Program-made: the position numbers and the translations under genes
NCBI RefSeq assembly: GCF_006345805.1
Contig: NW_021831989.1
Span: 186,001-250,000 of the forward strand
Length of the DNA stretch: 64,000 nucleotides
Source: Octopus sinensis
Lineage: Eukaryota
Direction: 5' to 3'
Notes under the pieces: model-generated
Told to the model about the DNA's origin: nothing
The model's database searches: none
The model's input: the letters and a program-made list of their open reading frames with translations, nothing else
Part shown: piece by piece, positions 40,785-53,559 of the stretch
Position numbering within the stretch: the first letter of the stretch is position 1
How the letters are laid out: every line of letters starts with the position of its first letter

Positions 40785-41676
40785 ATGGTAATTGAGGTGG
40801 AGCCTGTGAATGAGGACAGGAGGACCAAGATATCTCGTTATCTAACCAGAATAGTCTGGTTCAAGCATATGGATTTTGAATATGCTATTTGGCAATTATT
40901 TTGGCTTTTTTTCCGACCTCAACGAGTGTTGTTTTAGTTCTATATATTCCCAGGTACACAACTTTTAACCTTCGAAAAAGTAATTTTATTTGACCGATTA
41001 GACACATCACAGAAGCCAAGAATATTTGGGCCAGAGATGACCCTTCCTTCCTTCTTCTGGTCGTCCTTTTTGCCTCTCGTTTTCATTTATGTAAAATAGT
41101 CCTCAGTGTCTGCCACATTTGAATCTTTTGTCCGCTCAGAGCCACTGCTATCATCACTGTGGCGTATTTTGGTCATTGAACTTTTTCTGGGAGGGGTAGT
41201 GGTCACTTCTGGCCTGTGGTTACTGACCAATAAATTTCTCATTCACCCGTCCAGTACTGATTCAGTGGAGTGGGGCTACATTTTTGATCTCAATTTGAAT
41301 GGATTTGTCGTATTTTGTGCTATTTATAGAATTGTCGGGATTTTTATGTATTTGTTTATGTTCATGTTTTTTTTAGGATTTGGGACATGGCATCTGATTT
41401 GGTTATGTTGGCTGGATTTTTTGGTTATTTTTATCATATTTTTCTCGGATTTAATCGTATATATTTTGATATATTTTTAGAACTCAAGTTTTTGAGACAT
41501 CGAAAATTATTTTTGTACCCCCTCTCTGTAATCGTGTCACTCTCAGTGTTCAGATTATTTCTTTTTTTATTTAAATAAATTTAATATTGATTTCTGTTTG
41601 TACAATTCTGGTTTTTTTTATAATTTATGGATTTTTGTTATTTTCAAAGCTGTATTACAAAACCAAAATTAAGTAG
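40785..41676 (+). CDS. UNC50: UNC-50 Golgi membrane protein
   Basis: KHMDFEYAIWQL, WARDDPSFL and VEWGYIFDLNLNGF. Confidence 0.92.
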
Positions 41677-41699
41677 AGTTACAATATTTAATTAAGATT

Positions 41700-42950
41700 T
41701 TTTTATTTCTTATTTTTTTGAAATCTCTCGCCTCTTTTTAGGGGAGAATTTGCTAATAGTTACTCACTCTCTTTGCTCCTTATCTTTTCCGGATAAAATT
41801 GTTAGATGTCCCATATCTTTAATTGACGTGTCCCAACGGCATGCCAGTTCCACAAGTTCGTCGGATGGAGAGGCGTATTCTTCATTAGATACCTTCATCC
41901 TATGCTTGTGTTCAATTAACATACTTTTGAGAGTTCTTTTCAGTAAAAAGTATTGGATGTAAGTTCTCGTTGTCTTCAATAATTATTTTATCGAAATAGT
42001 TTTCACATGTACTTTATAGAGAGAGTATCGAAAGTTCATTTGGCCATAAATCATCTTTATGGAATTTTTCAATTTCGACTTCTTCAAGACAGTAGTATGA
42101 TTTAATGCCCACCTCGATTATTTATTTCCTGTTTTATTTTGTTTTAGACAAAAATATCAGGTTTATTTTATTGAACTTTTTATCATAATTGACATATCAA
42201 CTTACATCTCAACATTCTGCATCGATATTAAACACTGAACCGAGTGTTTCATCTTTCTTCAACTTTTAATACTATAGAATCGACACAAATGTAGATGGAT
42301 ACATTTTACAACTTTGTTGTGTCTTTGTAGATAATCACTGTTTAACATTTTATCACACTGGGTGGCCAAATAGTTGACAGATTTTCTGCTTTTTGCAATA
42401 AAGATCCCACGAATGCAAGAAACAAATTCCTATCCTGCAACGGACAGTACAATACTTCACTCCGTGGGCCGTTGTTTTTCTTAAATAACCATTATTGGAC
42501 GTTGCTAGGTCAACATTTTGTTCTTCAATACATTTGAAAAACACCACTTTACAATTGATGTTTTTAAGCAAATATTTTCTTAAAGCATCTTTGATAAACT
42601 CAACATCCATATTTTCCATGTGGGGAATTACGTATTTGACGGCGAGAAATCATGTTTATCACTCGCCATTTATTTGTTTTTATCACTCGCAGGAGTCCCG
42701 AACTCCATACTGTCGACTGTCTTTCTAAACTTTTCAAAAACAGGAAGAGCATCAGTTCAATCTTTAAAGAAAAAGAAGCAAGTCCTTTCCCCATAGACTT
42801 CCAGTTTAAATATAACCCCTCTTTATTTGCAGGTTTGAAATGCAGTCTGGTTTTCGTATTTGACGGTCAAAAAATCAAATTCATGAAGCTCAATAAGTCC
42901 AATGTAATACAGTAGACTATTTATTTAACGAACTTGTTATATTAAAGCGT
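41700..42950 (-). mobile_element. Degenerate R4/Dong-like non-LTR 3' half (zinc knuckle plus RLE)
   Basis: PRSEVLYCPLQDRNLF, HLATQCDKMLNSDYLQRHNKVV, NKPDI and RTYIQYFLLKRTLKS; same family as 49116-50030. Confidence 0.85.
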
Positions 42951-42959
42951 GAATTAAAA

Positions 42960-43330
42960 GTTAGATTAATTAAATTTTTCAATTTACTGGTCTTGGGCCT
43001 CCCTGAACAGCATCATCATCTTTCGTGATCCTTTTGCTATTATTTTGTCCTTCCTCAGAGTATTCGTTTTCTGTCACCTCATCATGTCTCCTCTTCATCG
43101 AGTTAGCTCCCCTTTGGTGAGTGTTCCACACTGCATAATCTTTGTTGAGAATCAATTCTTTAGTCATTACGTATTCGAAACCATGTTTATATTCTTCTTT
43201 AATGCAGTCGTTTGGATGTATGCCAGAACACTGTCTTTAATGACAATCCATATATATTTTAAAATACTTGGAGGTGATCGCATCCCAGGTAATGACAATC
43301 GGAAATATTTTGACTTTGGCTTTGTAAATG
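42960..43330 (-). mobile_element. R4/Dong-like 3' terminal fragment
   Basis: KAKVKIFPIVITWDAITSKYF and VLAYIQTT. Confidence 0.75.
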
Positions 43331-43799
43331 AATAAAATTTGAACATTAGTTGTATAAGGAAATGGCATAATCGTTTATAGCATTAAACAAATTGACCAAA
43401 TTTTGCTTTGTGTTTTTAATTTCAAAATAAAACATGTATAAATTCCTAGTTGTCTTTTTAAATATTTTTCCCAATCTTATCTAACAATCAACTAAGATTA
43501 AATGTCACAGTCCGAATAAAATACACGCCGAATAATTACATTCTTTAATTTTACTGAAATTAAAAATTTACACAACAAAATGTTTTAATTATTATTAAAA
43601 ATATGATTTTTAATGTAAAATTCATTAACCTTTTTTACTAATTTATATAAACAAAACCAACCACACTCATTTACGCAGTTAACTTAACGTTTGATATTGT
43701 TATTCCATTTTAGGTTATCCTAATAAAATTTTCATATAAAATTTATCGTTAATTTAAATAAAAATTATTTTATTATGGATTTATGAAAATTAATCAATT

Positions 43800-45134
43800 T
43801 TAGCTAATCGAGAAATATGAATTCCGTGTAACCGCTCACCGTCCTCCTTTTCGATAACATAGAGATCATTTCTTCGCTCGACAACAATATACTTATTAAC
43901 ATCAAGTCCATCGTACAGCGGATACTGCGAACTTGGCATCGTTGTCCTGTCTAAAAATTAATTTGACGCTTGAGACCTTAAAAGCACAGTCGTTCCGACA
44001 TTGATATTTTCTTCTTCGTCGTATCTCCATTTTCTTTTTTCAATCATTTTTTCGCCAGCAATAATTAGTTTTCTAATGCACTTTCTCGTGCCTCTGATAA
44101 TCCAGTTGAATCATATGCTAAAAGTTGCTCCATTCCCCCTTCATCAATCCTCCAGGATTTTCAACACCCATGAATATATAAAAAGGGATTTTTTGTGTCG
44201 AAGAATGAATGCTGTTATTGTAATCATACACGATGTCCTTTATGCATTCGCGATATCGTCCAAAACATTTTGAGAAGAACTTGCCGACGATATCCAGCGT
44301 TTTATGCTTTGATTAAATCTACAAATCGATTTTAAATCATTAACATTTCGACTTGCCCTTGTACCCAAGGAGCACGAGGCCTCCCACGTACATGTTTTAT
44401 ACCAATATTTCGTACATAGAGCATCCATTTGCGAATTGCAAATTCCCTTCCATATCAGTGTGTAGAATAAGCGGAGGCCCGACATAATAAAAAATTCTTT
44501 GGAATAAATCGCGATTTCTTCAGAAGATTTGGTCACCGACAGTTCAAGCATTACTATTGGAAAAAGAATCCACAATTACCAAAATCTATTTATTAACATT
44601 AAATTCATACCCAGCTAAAGCCATCATTCAACGCCGAATATCTTCTGAGGTCAATTAAATCCGCAATGTATCTGTCCCTACATCTCCTTGCAATGATTGG
44701 CGTAATCGGAGGCTTCGTAGACAATAATTTTTTCGACTAAGAATATTTACTAAAAGGAGTTATTACCTGACAGAAAGCACAATTCGAAATCACCCTAGAG
44801 ATTTCTTCTCTATTCAATCCATAATAGAGATTTCTTAATTTCGAAAAAAAGCGCCGGTCTCTCCAAAGTGGTTATAGTTATGTTCCGCCTAAATTTTATT
44901 TATTAAGTTGGACCTCAACGCACTTAAGCTTTAATTCGATTTCATCTTCACAGAAAAAACGCAATTTAAGCCCATTTTTTTCGAAAATTGTGTTTCCATT
45001 TTCAAAATGGAAATTCTTTCCCAATTTTGTGAGCCTGTATCGCTCATGCCGCTCGATTGACGATGTATCAAAGTTGGAGTCTTCATTTCTTTGATTTTGT
45101 CCAGTGTTTCCTTAAATAATCTCACTACACGCAT
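43800..45134 (-). mobile_element. Degenerate Ginger2/KRBA2-type DDE integrase transposon with mini-introns
   Basis: EH...H..CAFC zinc finger, RYIADLIDLRRY..GFSW/ILVIVDSFS, GPPLILHTD and YNNSIHSSTQKIPFYIFMG; several frameshifts. Confidence 0.8.
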
Positions 45135-45375
45135 GTTTCACGCTTTTTAAATAAAAAATAATAATGTGATTCTACTAAAATAAATAATCAATTATTGATT
45201 TTTTTCATACTAATTTTTAGATTTCTAATTTTTTCAGCCATTTGTGACAAGTGTAGATTATTCAACGTGTATTTTATTCGGACTGTCACATTAAATTTTG
45301 TCAAATTCGCAATTTAACAAACTAAAAGAATATTCAAGCATTTGAATTTTAAACAAGTTATTTTCATAATATCAA

Positions 45376-46050
45376 TCAAAGTATTTGGTTTAGACGGGAA
45401 CAAAGAGAATCCATTCCTTCAAAAATTCCTCTCCCATCAATGGCACAGGCAGCATGATAGTAGAACTGAGAAATAAAACCCAAATAACTCACATATCGAC
45501 CATTGACGTCCAAATTGAGCTGATTTTTAATTTCATCGACTGACAATGCGTTCGGAAGGTCCTGTTTATTGGCAAATACCAACAAAACGACGTCTCTCAA
45601 CTGAGACTGCTCAAGCTGGCCAATAAACCCACAACTACAACCAGCCAGGCCAGTTCAGAACGAGCCTCTTCCAGTCGATTGGGATCATTGCTGTCAATAA
45701 CGAATATCAAGGCCTAAAATATTACAAAATGGTGACCTGAGTGCCTTCCAAGTAGCGATTCCAGAGTGGTCTGATCTTGTTCTGTCCCCCAATGTCCCAG
45801 AGAGTGAGGGTTATGTTCTTATATTCCACACTATCCACGTTGAAGCCTTGAAATTGTTTAGCAAATAGCACCAAGAGTAGGCACAGAGGAAACAACCTCG
45901 CCAAACTTTAATCTGTGTAAGATTGTGGTCTTTCCCGCATCGTCAAGGCCGACTAATTTTTTTAGACAAACATTTAGACAGACGCATTAGGATTTTTACT
46001 GCTTTTTTGGTCGTCAGACGTTCAAATAGCTTTGTAAATATTGAGCCCAT
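45376..46050 (-). CDS. ADP-ribosylation factor family small GTPase
   Basis: MG myristoylation start, [22 protein letters not shown] and FANKQDLP; introns of 25-30 nt. Confidence 0.93.
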
Positions 46051-46462
46051 TAACAAAAGTCAAACAACAAGGATTAGTGCGTGCACAATTTGTTGAAAAT
46101 TACAAAATTATTTATATTTAAACAACTTAATTTTTAATATAACTAATTTTCATGTTCCTGTTAAAAAATAATTTTCATTTTATTCTATACAGAATACCAC
46201 TTTTAGAAAATGTCCAAACATCTATTCTGATTGGTCTTACTAATCAAAACTAAAATAATCAAATATTTTTCAAAAAAAACATTAACTAATTAATTTTGAG
46301 TATCTATTTAAGGCTTTTAGAACGCACTTTCCTCACTATTTCCGTATTATCTTTAACATTGACAAAATTGTTGTTATTGGTGAATGCATATTTTTAATAT
46401 ATGTTTACTACAGACATTAACCAAGAAAAATGATCATTTTGATTCTTAAATCTAAAATAATA

Positions 46463-48877
46463 TGTCGCGTCCCACACGAGCTACCCATCCCATGGTGGTT
46501 ACATGTCACCTGTCAATAAATAATAATGCCTGTCATGGTGACTGTCAAATTTAATAATTAATTTAATTGCATTGATTTCTAATCAATAATCGTTTCAACA
46601 ATAAAAATTTATTAAAATAAAGCGTCTACGTTTTTTTAACTTGATTCATATTAACTATTTTAGACTTCCTGAACTTGTTTTAATCTGTTAAATAAAATAA
46701 TAATAAAATAGACCTCTAGTCGATTGTTTGACAAAATTTGAACAACTTCAGCAGGTTCGCCATATGGGGATTCAAATCGGTTTAGCCTTAGGGAAGGATT
46801 TGTCCCAAAATCCTTTAGAACTCTAACCTAACAATTATTCACTAAAAATACTCCGCTCCCAATTGAAAAATCGTATTTCGATTGATGAACATTCATTCTT
46901 TTATTCATGCGTTTAAAATATGGTGAATTTAAATTAGGTGGAGAAAAATTCAATATAAAATCACTAGCATCCAAGTTGTCTAGCATATGTTATTCAAAAT
47001 TTACCTGAAACATCTAAAATATTTTCTACATCCATATCCTCTGATGATACATGATAAAAATCATCCGAACACTCACTTTCTTTGAAATTAAAAAAATTAA
47101 AAAAACTTTTATCATCATGAATGACGGTGTTTATACCAGAAACTCCTCTTAGTTTTTTAAATGGTGTTTCATTTATAGAAGAATGAATGGAGTGCTTTAT
47201 TGTAAAATAGGAGTGTAAACATTCCTGTTGCAGTTTACGAATTCCAGAATGGCTTTAACGCTAAAAATATTAAATATGCCCACACGAGTAACGAATGATT
47301 AAACCACATTAATTATGACATCTGACAGCCAATGACCTCGTAAAAATGATTTATTGACAGGTGACATGTACAGTGGGCGCAAAAAAAATCCGGTTTTCTA
47401 ATTTCTCTATTTTTTTATATTGTGCGATATAATATTTTTTTTTAATCTTAAATTTTAGTGAAAAGTAACTCTTATTTTTTTATTTTGATTATTTTCATTA
47501 TTTTTTTCAAGAGATATTTCCAATTTAAATTTACAATGCGCAAAAAAAACCCGGTTTTTTAAAAAAATGTCAAATTAATATTTAATATGCCGTCCTTTAG
47601 CCATAAAAACATCGTACACCCTTCTCGGCATGCTGTTTATGAGTTTCTGTATTAGATCTTTCGGCATATTTTCCCAAATTTCGATAATTTTATCTTTCAG
47701 CTCATGCATATTTTTTGGAGGATTTTCGTACAATTTACTTTTAATATATGCCCAAAGATGTTCTATTGGATTAAATCTGGCGATTGCGGTGCCCAATCCA
47801 ATAGTTTGACGCTTCTTTCGGCAAAGAAATCTTTCGTGATCTTTGATGTGTGTGGAGGAGCCATGTCTTGTTGGAATATGAATTCATTCAAGCACATTTT
47901 CGCAGCGGACTCCCACAGATTATTTGATAATATGTTCACATAAGTTGCTGAGTTCATAGTTCCATTTATAAATACTAGATTGCCTACTCCATAATACCCG
48001 AAACATCCCCACACCATTATTTTTCCCCCTCCAAATTTAACAGTTGGAGATAAGTGCGATTTTTCTAGACGTGTGTTGTTTTTCCTATAACAAAATTCCT
48101 TTTTTTTGTGATTAAAAATTTCGAAACAGCATTCATCACTAAAAATAGTTGATTTCCATGACGTCATATTCAGTGCGATAAATTTTTTTGACAAGGAATA
48201 TCGTTTTTCGATATTAATTTTAGACAGATACGGTTTTTTTTGACACACACGTGAATATATTTCCTTTTGTTTCAGATAATTCCCAATTGTTCGTTTTGAG
48301 ACGATTTTTCCTGTCAAAGAATGAAGATCCTTTGACAGGCAACGGGAAGATTTTTTCGGATTGTCAGAAACAAGCGTCAATAAAGTATTTATATCATCAT
48401 TATTTAATGTCCTAGGTCTTCCAGAACCGGACAGTCTCTGTGTTGTTCCATATTTTTTGTATTTACGTATGTAATCTCCCACTGTTGATCTGGGAATTTC
48501 TACTTCTTCTGAAATTTGTTTATATGTCCAATTAAGGAAATAAAGTTGAATAATTTGTCCTTTCACAATTTCTGAAATACACGACATCCAACAACAACAA
48601 AAATGACAACAATTTCAAATTTTTGAGAATAAAAGACTCAATAATTAAAAAAACCGAGTTTTTTTTGCGCATTTTAAAATTAAATTCAAGATATCTCTAT
48701 GAAAAATAAAAAAATACTTAAAATTAAAAACATACTCGATTTACATTTCAAAATGATACTAAATTAAAAAAAAATAATATAAAATTTATATTGAAAAATT
48801 CGAAAAATAAGAAAACCGGATTTTTTTTGCGCCCACTGTAGCCAGCATGGGATGCGTAACCACCATGGGACGCGACA
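46463..48877. mobile_element. Unclassified non-autonomous TIR element; its right TIR is interrupted by Tc1
   Basis: Left TGTCGCGTCCCA...TACATGTCACCTGTCAATAAA. The right end gives the same sequence in reverse once 47369-48838 is removed. TA flanks. Confidence 0.65.
47371..48838 (-). mobile_element. Near-intact Tc1 (DD34E) transposon with IR/DR-type ends
   Basis: TIR CAGTGGGCGCAAAAAAAATCCGG with TA TSD; inner repeats at ~47537 and ~48651. Transposase 48587-47575 (FSDEC, FQQDMAPPH, SPDL-NPIE) with one 1-bp frameshift at ~47770. Confidence 0.95.
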
Positions 48878-49115
48878 TAATAACTAATAAACTTTTAAGA
48901 TGAATTAAATCGACTTGAAACTTTCATTAGGAAAATGGCTTGAATTTCCATACTGTTCAGTGGCAGGGAAAATTTTCATATATTGATTTTCATTTCTTCT
49001 GTGCTTGTTAAAGCTATAAGGAGCTCGTGAAGTTGATTAGTATTTCGCAGATATAGCTTTCCGTCAATAAGAATGAAATTTTCAGTTTTCGTTTTTAGTC
49101 GAAATTTGTCAACTT

Positions 49116-50030
49116 TTGAAATATCCACTTGAACAGATACAAAAAAAGCCACTTCACTCGATTTTGTTCAATTGCTATGATGATTTGGACGTGGATCTGA
49201 AAGAATCGTCCTGGTGGTTATCGCATGGGAACAACTCTCCAAGGTCGGAGGGAATGCTGTGCATGGTTCAGGACCGCAACTTATTCTTTGACAACGGTGG
49301 TAGTTGTTGCAACCATTGCAACGCCGCCAAAAAGACTGTGGATCATCTTGCTACAAGATGTGGCAGAATGTTGAACAGTGATTACCTACGTCGCCACAAT
49401 GAGGTTGTAAGGTGCATGCACCTGCACATCTGCCGAAAATATGGAATAAAACAATCTCGGAAGTTAAAGACCCACTCCGTTCAGTCGACTGTCTCTAATG
49501 AGGTGGTCGAAATACGTGTGGACACTACCATCAAGACGGACACTATTTTGAGTAATAATAAACCGGACATTTTTGTCTTCGACAAAGTTCGGAATATTAT
49601 TACGCTTATCGAAATTGGGATTACTTCTCAGCAATCCTTGAAGCAAGTAGAAGTAAAAAAATTACATAAATATGACCTTTTGGCGAACGAATTGGAGGTA
49701 ATCCATAATGCAAAAGTGAACATCATACCGTTGGTTATTACGTGGGATGGAATAACATCCAGATTCTATGAACACTACCAGAACTCCTTGCAAGTTCAGG
49801 AATCTACGCGAGCTTATATCCAGTCAATCGTGATTAAGAGAACACTGGAAAGCATGCGCCCGGAGTATAAACTCCTTCCTACAGCGGCGAAGCATGCAAC
49901 TAAATCGGACTCGAGAACAACCACAAAAGTGGCCTGCCCTGTGAAATGGATAAGTATACCCGTCGAAGACACTTGCTCGGGCTCGAAGAGAAGGATAATT
50001 GACTAAAAGCAGACGCAATAATTAATAATC
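49116..50030 (+). mobile_element. 5'-truncated R4/Dong-like non-LTR element, open 296-aa C-terminus
   Basis: CCHC knuckle CNHC..TVDHLATRC, RHNEV, RLE KPDI..IEIG..KLHKY and IIPLVITWDG. Confidence 0.88.
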
Positions 50031-50079
50031 AATTTTATCTGGACTTTTAAAATAAATATCCTTTTTTTAACATAGATTT

Positions 50080-50310
50080 CCGGTTCCTTGGGCAGTAAGG
50101 CAATCAGCTTCGTTCAGGAGATCGGATCCCGCATGTCTGCCTTCACAGGCGACGCCCGCGAATCGAGATGGTTTTTCGAGCGGATATCCCTTGCGATAGT
50201 ACGCTCTAATTCTTTCTCGATCGCGTCGGCTTCCCGCACTTGAAGCTTTTAATTAATTAACTTGTAGTTATTGGTTGGTTTTCATCAAAAAAAAAAAAAA
50301 AAAAAAAAAA
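50080..50310 (+). mobile_element. 5'-truncated CRE-clade retrocopy with poly(A) and TSD (third subfamily)
   Basis: GSLGSKAISFVQEIGSRM..ESRWFFERISLAIVRSN; A24 tail; TSD (AA)CATAGATT on both sides. Confidence 0.88.
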
Positions 50311-51426
50311 CATAGATTATTATTTTGTAGCAAGCTGTCAGTGTTATGACAGCTGTCATGGTTTCAGTGTCAGCTCGGTTTCATTTTCGGATCGCGACAT
50401 AGTAACTATCTTAGTTTTGATTTAAATGCTTTTTTTTAATTCGATTTAAATGTTAGGAAAGACAACTAACCATTAATCTGTTATTAGACATCACATTTTT
50501 TATTTTTCCCTTTTTATATTGGATTCACATTTGTGTAGTTTCAGTAAAAGATTCGTTCCACAATCTTTAATATTTGAACCTAAATTGTTACTATTTAATT
50601 ATACCTCGTTCTGACTTGTTTCTAACTAATTATTAAATCGCAAATTTCTCATAAAGTTCATTTTAGACAAACATTATTTTCATTTTATTAAGCACTTCTT
50701 GCCTTGCCATAATAATTATAACAAGACATATGCGACACAGGAAACAATTTTATTAGTTACTAGCTCGGCAGCTCGCTTCGCTCACCGCGACCTAGCTCCT
50801 GCGGAGGGCCTGTTTCATCAAACAACTATAAGTTTATGTAGATGTATAAAACTACCTGGTTTAATGTAACCCTATTCTATCGCCTGTTGATAAACGATGT
50901 TTGTCGTCCGTCCTTCCTTGGCATATATGAATAAATTTTCTCTTCTGCCTACCCTCGAGCATCCCACATACAGCTGTCCATGTGAAAAGCACTCACTCTC
51001 TAAAAATAACCCAACTACCTTTAATGACTGTCCCGGGCCTTGTTTATTGTCATTGCACACTTTTTTTTTCATTTTTTGTGGTTTATTTTTTTTTATATTA
51101 ATTTTTTCATTTTTCCTTTGTAATTTCCTTTTTTTTCTTTTTTTGTTTTTTACTGGCGGAAATGGGGCAGGGGGAGATGCGGCAGGCGGAAATGCGGCAG
51201 GCAAGAAAGCGACACACAAAAAAGCGACACACAAAAAGATTTAATTAATTACCTTATTAAGCTGACCGTTTTTTCTTCAGCTTCGTTTTTCCTCCTTCGG
51301 TATCTATTTAAAAAATTATTTTTGAATAATAAAAAAGTTTAGGAAAAGAGGCATACCGAAAATAAATTCTATCTTTACGAAAAACTCAAGTAAATAGTTA
51401 ATATTTTTACGCAAATTCTTCTGATT

Positions 51427-51650
51427 GCGCTGTCAATTGGTGGTAAATTGTGTTATGGTTGTGCTAATGTGGTTTCAACTATCAAAGTGTTTTTCAAAAT
51501 CTGTTAATTGCACACTCTATTCAAGGTCGTGCGTCAATTGGTGGTAAATTGTGTTAATGATTGTGCTAATGTGGTTTCAACTATCAAAGTGGTTTTTCAA
51601 AATCTGTTAATTGCACACTCTATTCAAAGTCGTGCAATCTGTGATTGCAC
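51427..51650. repeat. ~102 bp tandem duplication inside the Helitron
   Basis: gtcaattggtggtaaattgtgtt...cacactctattcaa occurs twice. Confidence 0.85.
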
Positions 51651-51847
51651 ATTCTGTCAAAGTCAAATATGATAATAGCTTTAATTTTGATTCATGGTCG
51701 ATAATGATATATGCATTTAATTTTAAAGAGAAAAACATAGGATGAATTGAATTTCTTATCGCGAATAATTGGGAGTTCATCATTGTTGTTAATATTCTCG
51801 CTGTCGTTTTCATCAAGGATATCTTAATACGTGAGATTTTTGCCTTG

Positions 51848-52763
51848 AAGGTTTTAATGGACCTCATCATGAATGTCGAGGACATTCGAGTTGTTCATTT
51901 TAATCAAAATGCAGAAAATAATTTTTTGATTTTTTGGGGGAAAGGTTTTAAGGACTTCATCATGTAAGTCGAGGACATTGTAGTTGTTCATTTTAACCAA
52001 AATGCAGAATTTTTTTTTTAATTTTTTTTGGGGGGGAAGGTTTTAAGGACTTCATCATGTAAGTTGAGGACATTGTAGTTGTTCATTTTAACCAAAATGC
52101 AGAAAATTTTTTTTAATTTTTTTGGGGGGGAAGGTTTTAAGGACATCATCATGTAAGTCGAGGACATTGTAGTTGTTCATTTTAACCAAAATGCAGAAAA
52201 TTTTTTTTAATTTTTTTGGGGGGGAAGGTTTTAAGGACTTCATCATGTAAGTCGAGGACATTGTAGTGTAATTTAGAAGACCATTGGCATTGTAGTTGTT
52301 CATTTTAACCAAAATGCAGAAAATTTTTTTTAATTTTTTGGGGGGGAAGGTTTTAAGGACTTCATCATGTAAGTCGAGGACATTGTAGTTGTTCATTTTA
52401 ACCAAAATGCAGAAAATTTTTTTTTTAATTTTTTTGGGGGGAAGGTTTTAAGGACCTCATCATGTAAGTCGAGGACATCGTAGTTATTCATTTTAACCAA
52501 AATGCAGAAAATTTTTTTTTAATTTTTTTGGGGGGGAGGTTTTAAGGACCTCATCATGTAAGTCGAGGACATCGTAGTTGTTCATTTTAACCAAAATGCA
52601 GAAAATTTTTTTTTAATTTTTTTTGGGGGGGAAGGTTTTAAGGACCTCATCATGTAAGTCGAGGACATCGTAGTTGTTCATTTTGACCAAAACGCAGAAA
52701 AATTTTTTTTAATTTTTTTGGGGGGAAGGTTTTAAGGACCTCATCATGTAAGTCGAGGACATC
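51848..52763. repeat. ~94 bp minisatellite, about 10 copies, inside the Helitron
   Basis: Unit aaggttttaaggacttcatcatgtaagtcgaggac...ttttttggggggg; one unit carries a ~28 bp insertion. Confidence 0.95.
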
Positions 52764-52789
52764 GTATTGCCAATTTGAAGTTGGTGTGA

Positions 52790-52856
52790 ACACACAGACA
52801 GACAGACAGACAGACACACAGACAGACACACAGACAGACAGACAGACAGACACACA
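52790..52856. repeat. (CAGA/CACA)n microsatellite at the Helitron 5' end
   Basis: cacacagacagacagac... directly visible. Confidence 0.95.
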
Positions 52857-53049
52857 CCATACCATTTTATTATTAAGATTATTTTTTATCCATCTTACTG
52901 CGTCCGGATTTTCATCTGACTTTAAACACTTCCTCACTTTTTGTAGGTCATTGTGCAACGCTTGGTCGACCACAAAAGCATTCCCCTTAGAACATGAAAT
53001 AATCCTCTATCGCCACATTAGCTGGAGCAGCGAGATCTATACATAGAAT

Positions 53050-53500
53050 ATAACCAAACAGTCTCCATCTGGCGTCAGTGAGGCTTACTCGTGCATTTGT
53101 TGTAGATTCCAGCAGTCGAAATTCTGGCAGGCCAGTGCACACTAATTAACAGTCTAAGCTGTTTTCTGTGGAACGCATCGAGAGCCGTTGATTCCGCACT
53201 TGTTCAGGCCCAGTGCCAGCATTGTATAACAGTATCGACTTCACACATACATACGCCTCCGTAGATTAACACCGAGTCCTTTTAGCCATCTCTTTTTGAG
53301 TTTTTTCATTGCAACTCCGGCAAGTGTTTTCCTTTTGATGATGTCTTCTGTGTCACCCAGTAGGGATTTAAGTTTGTTGACATGTCGCCAAATCCATCTA
53401 AATTATAAATGAGATAAAAACCGGGTATTTCATAAATCAAAGTGTTAATTCCAGAAATATCCCTAAACTTTAAGGGAGTTTCATTGATCGCCAATCAATG
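53050..53500 (-). mobile_element. RTE-like non-LTR C-terminal fragment
   Basis: KSLLGDTEDIIKRKTLA and LDAFHRKQLRLLISVHWP. Confidence 0.78.
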
Positions 53501-53559
53501 TGTCGTATTATACTGAAAACTTATTTTGTAAATAAATTGTTTCCACTTTTTAGTTCTTT

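Larger units (their letters stand above)
50760..52878 (-). mobile_element. Complete non-autonomous Helitron
   Basis: 5' A^TCTTAATAAT plus (GTCT)n microsatellite; helicase C-terminus GQSLKVVGL..FSHGQLYVGCSRV; 3' GC-rich subterminal hairpin-like segment then CTAG^T. Confidence 0.87.

Noticed and set aside
51848-52763. 94-bp array as CRISPR, and ORFs 51607-51885, 52088-52405 and 52650-52973 as genes
   Set aside because: Units are head-to-tail with no unique spacers, the context is eukaryotic, and the ORFs are translations of the repeat.
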